This document shows, in pieces, positions 1 through 24,155 of a DNA stretch of 64,000 bases; the stretch's first letter is position 1; each line of letters begins with the position of its first letter. Position numbers and translations under genes: made by a program. Under the pieces are notes generated by a model that had not been told where the DNA came from, did no database searches, and worked only from the letters and a program-made list of their open reading frames with translations. Source of the stretch: Amoebidium appalachense (taxonomy: Eukaryota > Protista > Ichthyosporea); the NCBI GenBank assembly GCA_963693365.1, contig CAVNZM010000001.1:7208907-7272906 (forward strand). The letters are read 5' to 3'.

Positions 1-184
1 GGGGGGGAAGGGAGGGGGGGGGGGGGGGGGGGGGGGGGGCTTCTTTTTCCTTCTTCCACCCCCCCCCCCCCCCCTAGTTTTTTGAATATACGTAATAGCA
101 AGGGGGACTGGCGGCATGCCAGTAGCAGTGTAGGTGTGTATGTGTGTGGGTGTGGGTTTGTGTGTGTGTATGTGTGTGTGCGGG

Positions 185-241
<57 letters not shown>

Positions 242-953
242 CTGTCTGCCGTTGTATTCAGTGCCCTGCATACATCTCAGTGTATGAAGCACAAACAATA
301 CGGTCACTGTGCTTTGATGGTTTTGAAACTAAATTAGTGGCACGTTTCTGTGGTCACAGACCTGTATTTGGTTTCATTATAAGTATATTTATACATAAAT
401 ATATGTATAGTTATTAGTATTAATAATCGCTTTTTGGAAGATCATAAATAATTGAAAATGTAACATAGTACTACTATAATTGTTTCCAGAAATGTCACCG
501 AAAATTATGTGTGGCTCTTGGAGAGGAAGAAAAAGATGGTTTAAATCATGCACCATGTCTCAGTGTGTATGGAAAACGTCTATGAATGATTCCCCCACCC
601 CTCCCGCCTCCCCCTACATAGCCCGGCCCGAATTCCTGCCCCTCCCCTCCCCTTCCCCCCCCCCCCCCCCCCCCCCCTCCTTACACACACACACACACAC
701 GCGCACTGTGGCACCTGCCCACCTAACCGTGGTCACCATAACACACACATGTGCACACACACACAAACACGTACGCACAAAGACATGACACACACACATG
801 GCATGGCACACACACTGAAACGGCCAGGTACATGCATGCACGAGTGCACATATCACACTCACGCCGGGGCCCCGGCTCCCTGTTAAATAATAAGGAAATT
901 CTATTCAAAGCAATATTGTACAGATACACAGACATTATTATACCCCCCCCCCT

Positions 954-984
<31 letters not shown>

Positions 985-1554
985 CCCCAACACACACATA
1001 TGCACATGCACCGGCTGCCCACCCAACCACCCTGACACACACACGTGCACACCGTGGCACACGGACTCGTACATGCATGTAGATAGAGATACACACACAC
1101 ACTGCATGCCGTGGCACACACTGCACTGTGAAACACAGTGCGTAACACGTGCCACACGTGCACACACCGCAAACAAGCACTGTGGCATCATACATGCTGA
1201 AAAACACGCATGCACACCCACACACACGCGCGCAGTACACACTCGCACGCAAACCGTGGACACCGTCACAGAAAACATGCACCGGCACACACACTCTGCA
1301 ATGTACACATGTACAAGTGTGTACATTGCATACAAACACACCCACACAAGCACACACACACACGTCATCACAGCTGAACACACTAACATCAGCATGTGCG
1401 TACAATAGCACATGCATTTTAAGTTGACCTGTACAGTACAACGGCACCGTGTTACGTGGCATCCATGCACTGCATGCAGCGTACACGTGGCACACACACA
1501 CCCGTATGTGTGCTTGTCTATATTAGGCATATGCACAGGCCTAGGCACACATGT

Positions 1555-1588
<34 letters not shown>

Positions 1589-1775
1589 AGGCACACACCA
1601 GCACACAGACACACACAACACACACACATACACACACACACACACATACAGAGAAAGTGAGAGAGTACCCCACACATGACACCGGGAGCCCGCTGTGCGC
1701 GCACAATTAACACGTGAGCTTCGTCAGCCGCGGCCGGCTGCCGATCATATGCATGTGCCGCGGGATCCAGCAGCT

Positions 1776-2001
1776 GTGATTAATCTTCTTCTCGGATTGA
1801 TTAATCTTCTTTTACGCTCGCACCTCTTCTCGAAGGTGTATAATAAACATGGATATTATAGACAAAAACACCCAAAAAAAATTACATAGGCGTTTTCTTG
1901 ACTATCAAAACCAACTTTTTGCCTACTTAACATGTATTTTTGGGCTGCTGGGTAAGTCGGTGGAAGCGCCGCAAATGTGATTAACGTTGAAGATTAATCA
2001 C
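1776..2001. mobile_element. Possible degraded MITE
   Basis: Perfect 13-bp inverted repeat GTGATTAATCTTC (1776-1788) / GAAGATTAATCAC (1989-2001), with extra GATTAA motifs near both ends. No TSD found. Confidence 0.4.
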
Positions 2002-3041
2002 TTGATTACAGGCCTTGATTAATATCAACTTGGCGGCCTCCCAGCACGGCCTGCTCCGAGCACACAGGCCTTGCTCTCCATACGACACGACCGGTACCGG
2101 AGGAGACGGGAGGTTGTGAATGTGTGTGTGGCATATATTGCATGCTTTTTTGCTTTTTAAATGTCTCTTTTTTTGTTCTCAGGCGCCGGGTTGGTGGCTG
2201 CACGTGGGCGGGCGGGGATAAGGGGACTCCAGGGAGAGAGAGAGGAGGGGGGGGGGGGGGGGGGTTGGGGGGGGTTGCTTGGTGTCAAATACGGTATACG
2301 TATGAGCCAAGAGCACGTCCCATGGCCAGCCATTCACAATGACTATAACTTGTTTTAATGCTCTGTGGGCGCAAAGAGGTCTCATTCCGTACTTACAAAG
2401 CCGGAAGTGAAGGTTACAAAAAGATTACAATAAAAACAAGGCGATTATTATGGGCACTTGCAACTTGGCAATGTGATTGTTACTGCTCTAGCATAGGGGC
2501 AAAGTGACTATAGCTATTGCACTCGAACTTACTGTAGCAAACTAAGAATCAATGAAAACGGTTCAAATCTCACACAAGTAACAACCAGTTGAAAAAATAG
2601 CTATTCAGGTGCACCCCCCCCCCCCCCCCCCCCCCCCCCACAAGAACACACACACACACACCCCACCCCCATCCCCCCCCCCCCCCCCCCTCACACCCCA
2701 AACACACACAGACACACACATGCACACACAAATAGTAATAAAAAATTTACAGACATCCCCAAAGCTCCATCTGCCACCCCTACGTAACCCACCCACCCCA
2801 CCTACACGCACACTACCAACCCACGTACGCCAAGAAGGAAGATTATTGTGACCATTATTTCCTTTTTGAAAAAGGAGCGCAAAAGATGTGCCTAAAAAAT
2901 CACGTGACTGCGTAATAAATTTCAATTCATACAGGCCGTATTTGCATGCATTGAAAAAGATGAGTGGGCTAAAGGACAACCCGAATCAGTTCTAAAAGTG
3001 TTATAGAGATAAAGGCATCATTTCTCAGAGCACCGAAAAAA

Positions 3042-3072
<31 letters not shown>

Positions 3073-3607
3073 TGGCATACATAGAAGAAAAAAAAACAAC
3101 TTAAAAAAAATCAAGGTTTTTGAAATATGTCCGTTTTGGTATTGCATGGCTGATGGCAGTGTTATCTAATGTTAGGTCCTTCGATCATAAACGTGTTAAC
3201 AAAGTGTGCGCGAACGGAAGTGTGTCCAAAGATGATATATGCTATTTCTGTTGTGTGTCTGGAGAATCCATCTTCCTTCAAACATGTGCCTCACTCACTT
3301 GTGCCCATCCCCTCTGAAGCCTTGCTCACCCTCTCATGTGTGTCTGTGCCACCGCGCGTGAGTGACCGTCATTACTACTCTGGATATATCCGTCGCCTAT
3401 GGTGGATTTTCAAACGATAGCGTTTAAACTACAAGTGAATTAAAGGCAATCACCGTATTTACCCGATTTGGTATCCTCAGCCTTTTGGTTCATCCTGTTG
3501 CCGGGTCTAATTTGCTTAACACTTGCCCGCTCCTCAAGTTGTGAAAACGAAGCTGATCTCAAATCCTCGGAGACATGGAACTGTGGTGGTATGAGGGAGG
3601 GCGGAGG

Positions 3608-3645
<38 letters not shown>

Positions 3646-4110
3646 AGGGTGGAGTGGTCAGCTGCATGATACCAGCGGTAACATGCAAATATGTGCAAAA
3701 GAACACCCACACACAAAGCATGCAACGTCCAGATGCCATGCCCACGTGGTTGGTCCCGAGTCATCCAAAGCATCCGTTTCTCGATCCACTTACTTTGGAC
3801 ACAAACCCCATAATGCCAGACAGCTCCCCGACGGCTGGGACCGGCGGTGGTGTATGCAGCCATGATGTACAAGGGCAACAACGAAAGCACGGTACAGACG
3901 CAAGAACGGTGTCGAAAGCTCGTTAAAAAAAAAAAAAATGCAGCGCCAATTCCTTAGAAAACGTGTGCCTGTGTGTGTGTGTTTGGGGGGGGGGGGGGGA
4001 CCATGTGTGTGTGTGTGTGTGTGTGTCTGTGTGTGAACGGGGCTGCGTATGGGTGCATGCGATCGTTTTTTTTTTTTTTGGAGGGGGGGGGGGGGGGGGG
4101 GGGGGGGTAG

Positions 4111-16084
<11,974 letters not shown>

Positions 16085-16738
16085 CTTCGCAGTTTACCTG
16101 AAGTCAAGCAAGGTGGGTCAAAATGGTGCCACTGGGACAAGCGCACAAAGCGCCACTGGCCAATAACAGCAGCATACAACACAGAGAGGAAGGAGGTGAG
16201 ATGAATATGGTCCAGTTCCAAAACGAAAAAGGGCGAGGGCATCCAAACAGGGAGGGGACAGGAGGGGGGGGGGGGTGGAGTGGGGGGGGAGGGGGGGGGG
16301 GGGGGGGGGGAGGGATGCCCAAGAATATACAGAAGCGTGCCAAAGTATCTGGACGTGGATCATATAGGAAGCCATACAGGCTCACAACTTGAACAATAAT
16401 AAGCACACAAGCACACCAAGGACATGCACGTGGTACCCCGATGCTATGCCTTGCAAAAGCCATGTTTTTGCTGGACCAGGTCAGCATTCGTCAACCTATA
16501 TTGACTCCTCCCCCTCCTCCTTCCCCCCCCCCCCCCCCCCCCTCCCCCCCCCCTCACGCACACATAACACACACGTACACACAAACACATACGTGGGCGT
16601 GGGCATGGCCCCAAATCTCCTCTCCCCCCCGTCCACCTCCCTGCATCCCTACCCTCTTCAAACTCACTCGACCCCTCTCCCACCACCACCAAAATCATCA
16701 CCATCACGATCACTCAGTCCCTATCCTATTACCGAGAA

Positions 16739-16769
<31 letters not shown>

Positions 16770-17768
16770 TGGAGGGGGGTGGAGGGGGGGGGGGGGGGGG
16801 GAAGAGGAATTAGCAAAACAAACCGGCTCAAAAACGATCTGAGGGTACTTACCGCACAACATAAAGCTTGGTGGCCGTTTAAAGAAACGTGTATGACACA
16901 GGGGCATACAGCCAATAACTGCGGTTTCTTGCTGAATGGTTTCTACAAGGGGCCAAGGATGTTCAGCAGGCACACCCCAGCAACTAACAAACTGTAACTC
17001 GCAATGAATTGGTTTTACACGTGACAGCGTTATAGAAGTAACGTTTCCATGCTACTATAGCAAACTGCTGCTAACCTTAGCACACTAAATAGTTCTTGTA
17101 ACGCGAACCCAAGTTCGAACTCTATATTTATGCAAGGCCTCGGAAGGACTTGTGTCACCACAACCACAGATGTCACTCGACTTGAACTTCTTGTTGCTCC
17201 AATTTCCAAATAACATTTACAGGGACCAGTGCTTTCGGTCAAAGCAAGGAATGACCTTCACGTGTTTTAATTGGTGCGTGTGAGCGAAGCTGCAGTGTTT
17301 GAAGAAACGTGATCCATTGAGTTGGTCAACCAAAGCTCTAAATGTTTTCCAACAGGACCTTTCTGCGTACTGCCGTAATTTGCTATTCTTTAATGATATT
17401 TCACAGTTGTTTAATGCTCTTTACCAAGATTTTGATGTATTCTGCATCGTTATTCTTTGGTAGAGAAAAGGGCATGTCAAAGGTAGGCCAATCACCGAAT
17501 TCTTTGGTGTCAGCCGAGTCACCGCGGCTGACTTCCGAGCAACCACCGAAAGTAATTACCCAACTATCATATCTATTTCCTTTCACTAGCAGCTTATTTG
17601 TGCTTTTTTATGACGATATGCTTTCAAATACAGCTCATAAATACACATATGTGCACGCAGCGCCGCCTGGTGCATAAAAAGCTGCATCACGTAACCGTCT
17701 CCACGTTGGTCCATCATCAGCATTGATTGGACCGCTGCTCCTTTGAAACTTTCAAGTTGCGTCGACAC

Positions 17769-18184
17769 CAGGGTTGGGCTGGGGTTCGCCAGCTTAACCG
17801 TATCGCCCTTTGGCCAATCGTAACGGACAAAATCTTAATCGTAACCGATGGGTTCTTGGGGAGCTGCAAGCCCCGCCTAAAACGCCCCTCCAGTCGCAAA
17901 ACTCAAAATACGTGTTTTTACAAAATAAGAACCGTAAGATTACAAGCCCTGGAAACTTATCGGGGCTCGATATTGCACACGAGAAGCGCTGTAGATAATG
18001 TTCTTGGGGGGGAATGTGCTGTTCTTGAACAGAAATATTGAAAAAATAGGGAAAATTACATATTTAAGCGTTTATAATGCTACACGCCTGATACGAAAGC
18101 TGTTACGACGGTACCCTGACCTTATATGTCTCGGAGTCTCTCGTTAATCGTAATTACGACGATTTTTTTTTTCGTAATCCCCTG
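17769..18184. mobile_element. Non-autonomous hAT-type DNA transposon (MITE)
   Basis: Termini CAGGG...CCCTG flanked by an exact 8-bp direct repeat GTCGACAC (17761-17768 and 18185-18192). Several subterminal CGTAA/TTACG motifs near both ends. An 8-bp TSD with CAGG ends is typical of hAT. Confidence 0.8.
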
Positions 18185-18469
18185 GTCGACACGCTGCAGC
18201 CCTATCCATGCAGGACTACATATGCATATCTAGATATATCGTATAGCCTACTTATTTATATTTCAGCTAATGCCGTATATGTTAACTCAAGGGCTTGTTT
18301 CTTCCCTTTGAAATTTTCAAAGTAAACAAGCCGATCAAATCGACATTCTTTTTCGAATGTCACATCATAGTAGTAATGCAAAGCAAGACCTATGTATGAA
18401 CCGCTTCCCTTGAATAATCATGTGTTATTTCAAGCGCGTTAGTATGGTTGGAAATAATTCGTGGTTTAT

Positions 18470-18830
18470 GGTTGGGTTTGCTATTGGCTCTATCTGCAAC
18501 TTGATGCTGCATATCCACAGCAGTGAGACCCTGTAGAGAAAAACCACTCTCGAGTATAATGCCCCTATGTATACATATGCTTCATACATACAGCAAGTGT
18601 CGTGGTTTTTTTTTGCTGAAAATTAAGTAATGTGAAAAAACCCGCAGATCAAACCACCCAAACCACCTAATTTGTGATTGCTCTCACAAATGGCCGAGGT
18701 TGATGAAGATAGCAACACCAGTGAGAAGTGGGGTTGCATCCCCCTGCATGATGCGTCTTTTAACGGGCACTTTGAATGCTGCTTGATGCTGGCGCAAACG
18801 TGCATGCCAAAGACATTGTCGGGGTGACCC
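18470..18830 (+). pseudogene. Decayed duplicate of the ankyrin exon at 21114-21260 plus flanking intron
   Basis: Collinear with ~20870-21260 (CAGCAAGTGTCGTGGTT...ATGGCCGAGG...CCCCCTGCATGATGCGT...AACGGGCAC...TGCTGCTTGATGCT). The acceptor CACAG has become CACAA, and a ~10-nt deletion near 18776 shifts the frame. Confidence 0.75.
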
Positions 18831-19905
18831 CCCCCCCCCCCCCCTACTCCCTCCCCGCGGCCCCCTCCCTTCCCCCCGCCCCCAATAGCAAGAACGGTAA
18901 GAGCCTCTAGAGGGGGGAAAAGGGGAAGGGGGCGGGGGGAGGGGGGGGGGGGGGGGAGAGAGGGGGGGGGGGGGGGGAGGGAGAGAGAGAGAGAGACAGG
19001 AAGAGCCTAGGGAGGGATAGAGGGGGGGGGGGGAGAGAGGGGGGGAGAGAGAGAAAGGGAGAGAGGGAGGGAGGGAAAGAGGGAAAGAGAGGGGGTGGAG
19101 AGAGGGGGGGGGGGGGGGGGGGGGGGCGAGAGAGAGAGAAAAAGAGAGGAGAGAGAGAGAGAGAGAGAGAGAGAAGAGAGAGAGACAGAGAGAAGAGAGA
19201 GAGAGAGAGGGCAAGTCGAATGAGAGTGTGAGGGGAGGGGGAGAGAATGGGAGGAAGTGAGAGACAGAGAGAGAGAGGGAGATCTAGAGAGGGAAAGGGA
19301 GAGAGAGAAAGCGACTGAGAGAGAGAGAGGAAGAGAGAGAAAGAGAGGGAGAGCGAGAGAGAGAGGGGGGGGGGGGAGAGAGGGGGGGGGAGGGGAGGGG
19401 GGAGAGAGGGAGAGGGAGAGGGAGAGGGAGAGAGAGAGAGAGACAGATTGAGGGAGAGGAGAGAGATAGACGACAGAGAGAAGAGAAGGGAGAAGAGAGA
19501 AGACAGGTAGAGAACCGAGAAGAGAGAAAAGAGATGGATAAAAGATTCACGTCATCCACATTCTCAATCATTCCTTCCCCACCATTCCCTCCCCCTCCTC
19601 CCCTCCCCCCCTCCCCCCCCTCCCCCCTCCCCTCCCCCTCTCCCCCCCCCCCCCCCCCCCCCCATCCCCCGAGCAACCGGCATTGAGTACTGATCACGTT
19701 CCACACATCATGCAGCACCTTCTCCCTTTTGCACACTTTTTTGTTGATACTTGGCCTTCGCACCGAATGGTGTTTTTGCTATAGTTTATCATTGTCTCAT
19801 TGATTCAATATCAAAATCATTTCGCACCGTCTTCAAAGTTTTTACGATATCTTTTTTCCTTCTCTACATACACACACACACACACACACACGCACACACG
19901 CACAC

Positions 19906-19948
<43 letters not shown>

Positions 19949-19977
19949 GTGACACACACGTGCACGATGCTTGTGCG

Positions 19978-20023
<46 letters not shown>

Positions 20024-20265
20024 TAAAGTCTTACACAAGACAAATTGCAAATTTCTGCCATTTTTTAGATGAGGTCACATTCAAAAAATACCTATGTCAA
20101 GATTTCTCTCACTAAGTAAAATTCCTTTCGCCTTAAAAAGTTTTAAGTCATGATGTTCTTCAAGACACGTAGCTGCGGAAGCGGGCAGCTAGTGCTCTAC
20201 CTGTGTGTTACAATCATTGACGTGTTCACACTCCCTGTTACTATGGTATATGGTTGTGTATGAAT

Positions 20266-20339
<74 letters not shown>

Positions 20340-20570
20340 TCACTCACTCACTCACTCACTCACGAACACACATACACACACACACAGACACACACACGTA
20401 CCATAACAAGTGTACATTGTTTTGCCGCGCCCAGCACAGGTTTAATCATGCCCAGTAAATATCTGTCGGCGATCAAGCACTAGACGACTGGCACCGTGAC
20501 ACATAAACACGTGGTTAGAAGCACACATCACTCTACAGCATCTGACACTTGCAGATATCACTGTCCACAG

Positions 20571-21646
20571 TGCACTCCACTCCACCGCGCCGCAGCGCAC
20601 GGGTGGGCAAGAACCGTGCAGCTACTTCTAAATTTTTATGCTGACCCCAACGCCCGGACAAAGGTTCAGGTGTGTAAAAAGTACCCATTTCATCTGATCT
20701 CGGCCGAAAAGATATGTCAATCATCTACCAAGTTGATGCCGTGACCCTCCGGGGCCTACCTCTTCTCAGTTTCACTGAACAAGCTGACACTCGATCCCCT
20801 GAACCTAACTACTTTCTCAAAACTTTATGGTAAACAATTATGCCTGAAAAGATTTTGTATGGTTTCAAGTTGGTTGACTTTGCTATTAGCTCTCATCACA
20901 CCTGCCGTACTCCCTTACTTCCTAAGTTGTTCTGAACATTGAGTCACGTTTATGCTCAAGATGATCTGCAACCGTCACTACCTACATTCAATTTGCATGC
21001 ACTGAACAAAGCTAGCCGCCTTGGGTATGCAGCAAGTGTCGTGGTTCTTTTGCTGTAATATAAAGGCAGTCGCAGATCACTGTATCACACTGTGATTGTA
21101 ATTGCTCCCACAGATGGCCGAGGCTAAAAAGACTGGCAGCACCACTAAGGAGTGGGGTTATTACACCCCCCTGCATGATGCGTGTCACAACGGGCACCCT
21201 GAAGTTGTTGAGATGCTGCTTGATGCTAGCGCAAATGTCAATTCCAAGGACACCCTTGGGGTAAGACCTTCCCCCTTTCATCCCCTCCCCAACAACAAGA
21301 ACGACAAGATAGAGATAGAGGAAGGGGGGGAGGGGGGACTCGGAGCGGCAAAGACTGAGAGAGAGAGAGAAAGAGAGAAAGTATCAGAGAGGGGGGGGGG
21401 GGGAGAGGGAGAGATAGAAAGAGAGAGAGAGTGTGTGTGTGTGTGTGTGTTTTGTGTGTGTGTGTTTTTGAGTGAGAGAGAGAGAGAGATAGAGAGGGAG
21501 AGAAGAGGGGGAGAGAGAGGGAGAGAGAGGGGGGGGGGGGGGAGAGAGAGTGAGAGAGAGCGAGAGGGGGAGGGAGAGAGAGTGAGAGAGAGAGAGAGGG
21601 GGGGGGGGGGGAAGAGAGAGAAAGAGGGCGAGACACACACATCACA

Positions 21647-21683
<37 letters not shown>

Positions 21684-22302
21684 GGAGAAAGAGAGAAAGA
21701 GAGGGGGGGGGGGAGACTCTTGAAGAAAAAGAGAGAGAGAGAGATAGAGAGAGAGGGAGACAGGGGGGGGGGGGAGGGGAGGGAGGGAGAGACAGAGAGA
21801 GAGGGGGGGGGGGGGGAGAGAGAGAGACGGGGGGGGGGGGGGGGGGGGAGATAGAGAAACTGAGGGGGGGGGGGGGGAGAGAGAGAGAGAGAGAAAGGAG
21901 AAGAGACGAGACAGAGGGAGAAGAGAGAACTTCAGAGAAACGAAATAAAAAAAAAGCATACACATCATTTACACATGACATTGCGTGTACACACCCGTAG
22001 GCACGAGGGCTTAGGTGGTGTGCATGTCTGTGAGTGTGTGTGTGTGCCACGGTCGAGTGCGTGTGTGTGTCTTTATGTATGTATGTGTGTCTGTGTCTGT
22101 GTCCGACTCGCTCAGTGTCTCTCTCTCTCTTTCTCCCTCCCTCCTTTCCACCCCCCTCCCTCTCTCCCTCTCCCTGTGCGTTCTCTCTCTATTTCTCCCT
22201 CTCTCTCCCCCCACCCCACTAACTCTCTCTCTCTCTCTCTCAATTCCTCCCTCCCCCAACCCCTCTCTCTCTCTCACTTTCCCTCTGTGCGTTCTCTCTT
22301 TC

Positions 22303-22370
<68 letters not shown>

Positions 22371-22471
22371 CTCTCTTTCTCTCTCTCTCTCTCCCTCACT
22401 CCCCAGAGTCTCTCTCTCTCTCTCTCTCCCTCCCTCCATCACTCCCTGACTCCCTCCCTCCCTCCCTCCCT

Positions 22472-22564
<93 letters not shown>

Positions 22565-23634
22565 TGTGTGCATGCCTGTACGTGCATGTCGGCGCGTGTG
22601 TGTCTGTCTGTGTGTGTGTGTGTATGTGTGTGTGTGTTTGTGTGCACACGTACGCGCGCGCGCGCGTGTGTGTGTCACAGTGTGCTTCTTGTGGTTGTAT
22701 ACGTGTCTTGAGTTTGTGTGTGAGTGTCTGTGTGTGTTCACATGTGTGCACCGTGTGCCTACGAGTTCATAGTGTGATGTGCCTGTTCATCCTTGTTTCT
22801 TATTTCGGCACTTTTATGCAATCTTGCCATCAGGTATAGTTCCCTGTGCGCTAATACAGTGACTGTCGCCTCGCTCGGGTCAGGTACGGCACTTAACTAT
22901 GCTGCCCTTCACGACAAGCCGGAGGTGGTGAAACTGCTTCTTGGCAGAGGTGCAAGCTTGAACGTCACTACGGACTTTGGCAAGGTGCACGTGGACATTG
23001 ACTGTCAACAAACCCTCCCCCCCTCCCCCCCCCCCCGGCCCTTTCCCCCTTCCTCCTCCCCCCCCCCCCCCCCTCCCCCAACAGACACACACACACGCAA
23101 ACACATTGTTACAAAACCCCTCTCTCCTAGATTTTAGGTGTCTCTATTGCATGCTTTTGCTCTTCCTGGTTTCCACATCAGGTTTAATGTGTTTCTGTTG
23201 CTCCTGCCGGCCATCCCCAACTCCCAAACATACATAGCTATCAGCCCCAGCCTGGCCCTATCTCTCTACCTGACGGGCTTTATGCCCCTCTGCTCTCTGC
23301 TCTCTGCTCTCTGCTCTCTGCTCTCTGCTCTGACTACATGCACTCTCACGGTGCAAAACTTCTTCTGACTGTCAGCCACTATACCCACAGCCATGAAATG
23401 CCATGCAGTGTTAACAATTTCCGACGATATTAATGTATATGCACCCATGCTACAGCTACCGCTCTGAAGGTCCTGGTTATGATACTACACCGTGCACTTT
23501 GCGACGCTAGCCAATCATTAGTAGCACAAAAAATACTGGAAGGTGACGGATCACAGGGGTTACTGGGCCATTTCGCTTATTCAAATATCCCTACAGTTGC
23601 GCTTCTGTCTCTAACCCCCTCCCCCCCTCCCCCC

Positions 23635-23665
<31 letters not shown>

Positions 23666-24018
23666 AAAAAAAAAAAAAAAAACACACCCTCTCCTCCCTT
23701 TCCTTTCCTGTTCATCTTGCACAGGAAAATGTTCTCCACGGAACTGCAGGCTTACTGCCGGACTCGAGTGTTGAGCAGAAAGGGACAGCCATGGGTGTCC
23801 TGCTGCAGCAAGAAAGAATCAAGGAGCTCTTTGAGTCTAGGAACAGTCAAAAGGCAAGCAGTCACTCATCTTGAATCAGGTGTATACGTGAAACATGAAG
23901 CTGCACCTTGCCAACATCGACTTGCATGTGGGCTTTTTGAAACTTTCCGATGGGGGGAGTGGGTGCCCCGGGGGAGCCTCGTGTGTACGGGCCCGTCTGC
24001 CTGCCTCCTGCCTCCAGG

Positions 24019-24061
<43 letters not shown>

Positions 24062-24096
24062 CCCGCCTCCCTGCCTGCCTACCTGCCCGCCTCCCT

Positions 24097-24155
<59 letters not shown>

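Noticed and set aside
3534-3926. Overlapping 96-152 aa ORFs downstream of the NHE gene
   Set aside because: No recognisable domain; they run through a GT repeat and are probably 3' UTR or last intron of the NHE gene.
16104-16997. Extra N-terminal coding exons for the NHE gene
   Set aside because: An in-frame TAA lies just upstream of the ATG at 16084 within that exon, so upstream spliced segments would be 5' UTR.
23717-23990. Coding-looking segment inside the ankyrin-kinase gene
   Set aside because: No ankyrin or other motif, and the flanking ankyrin exons join in phase without it.
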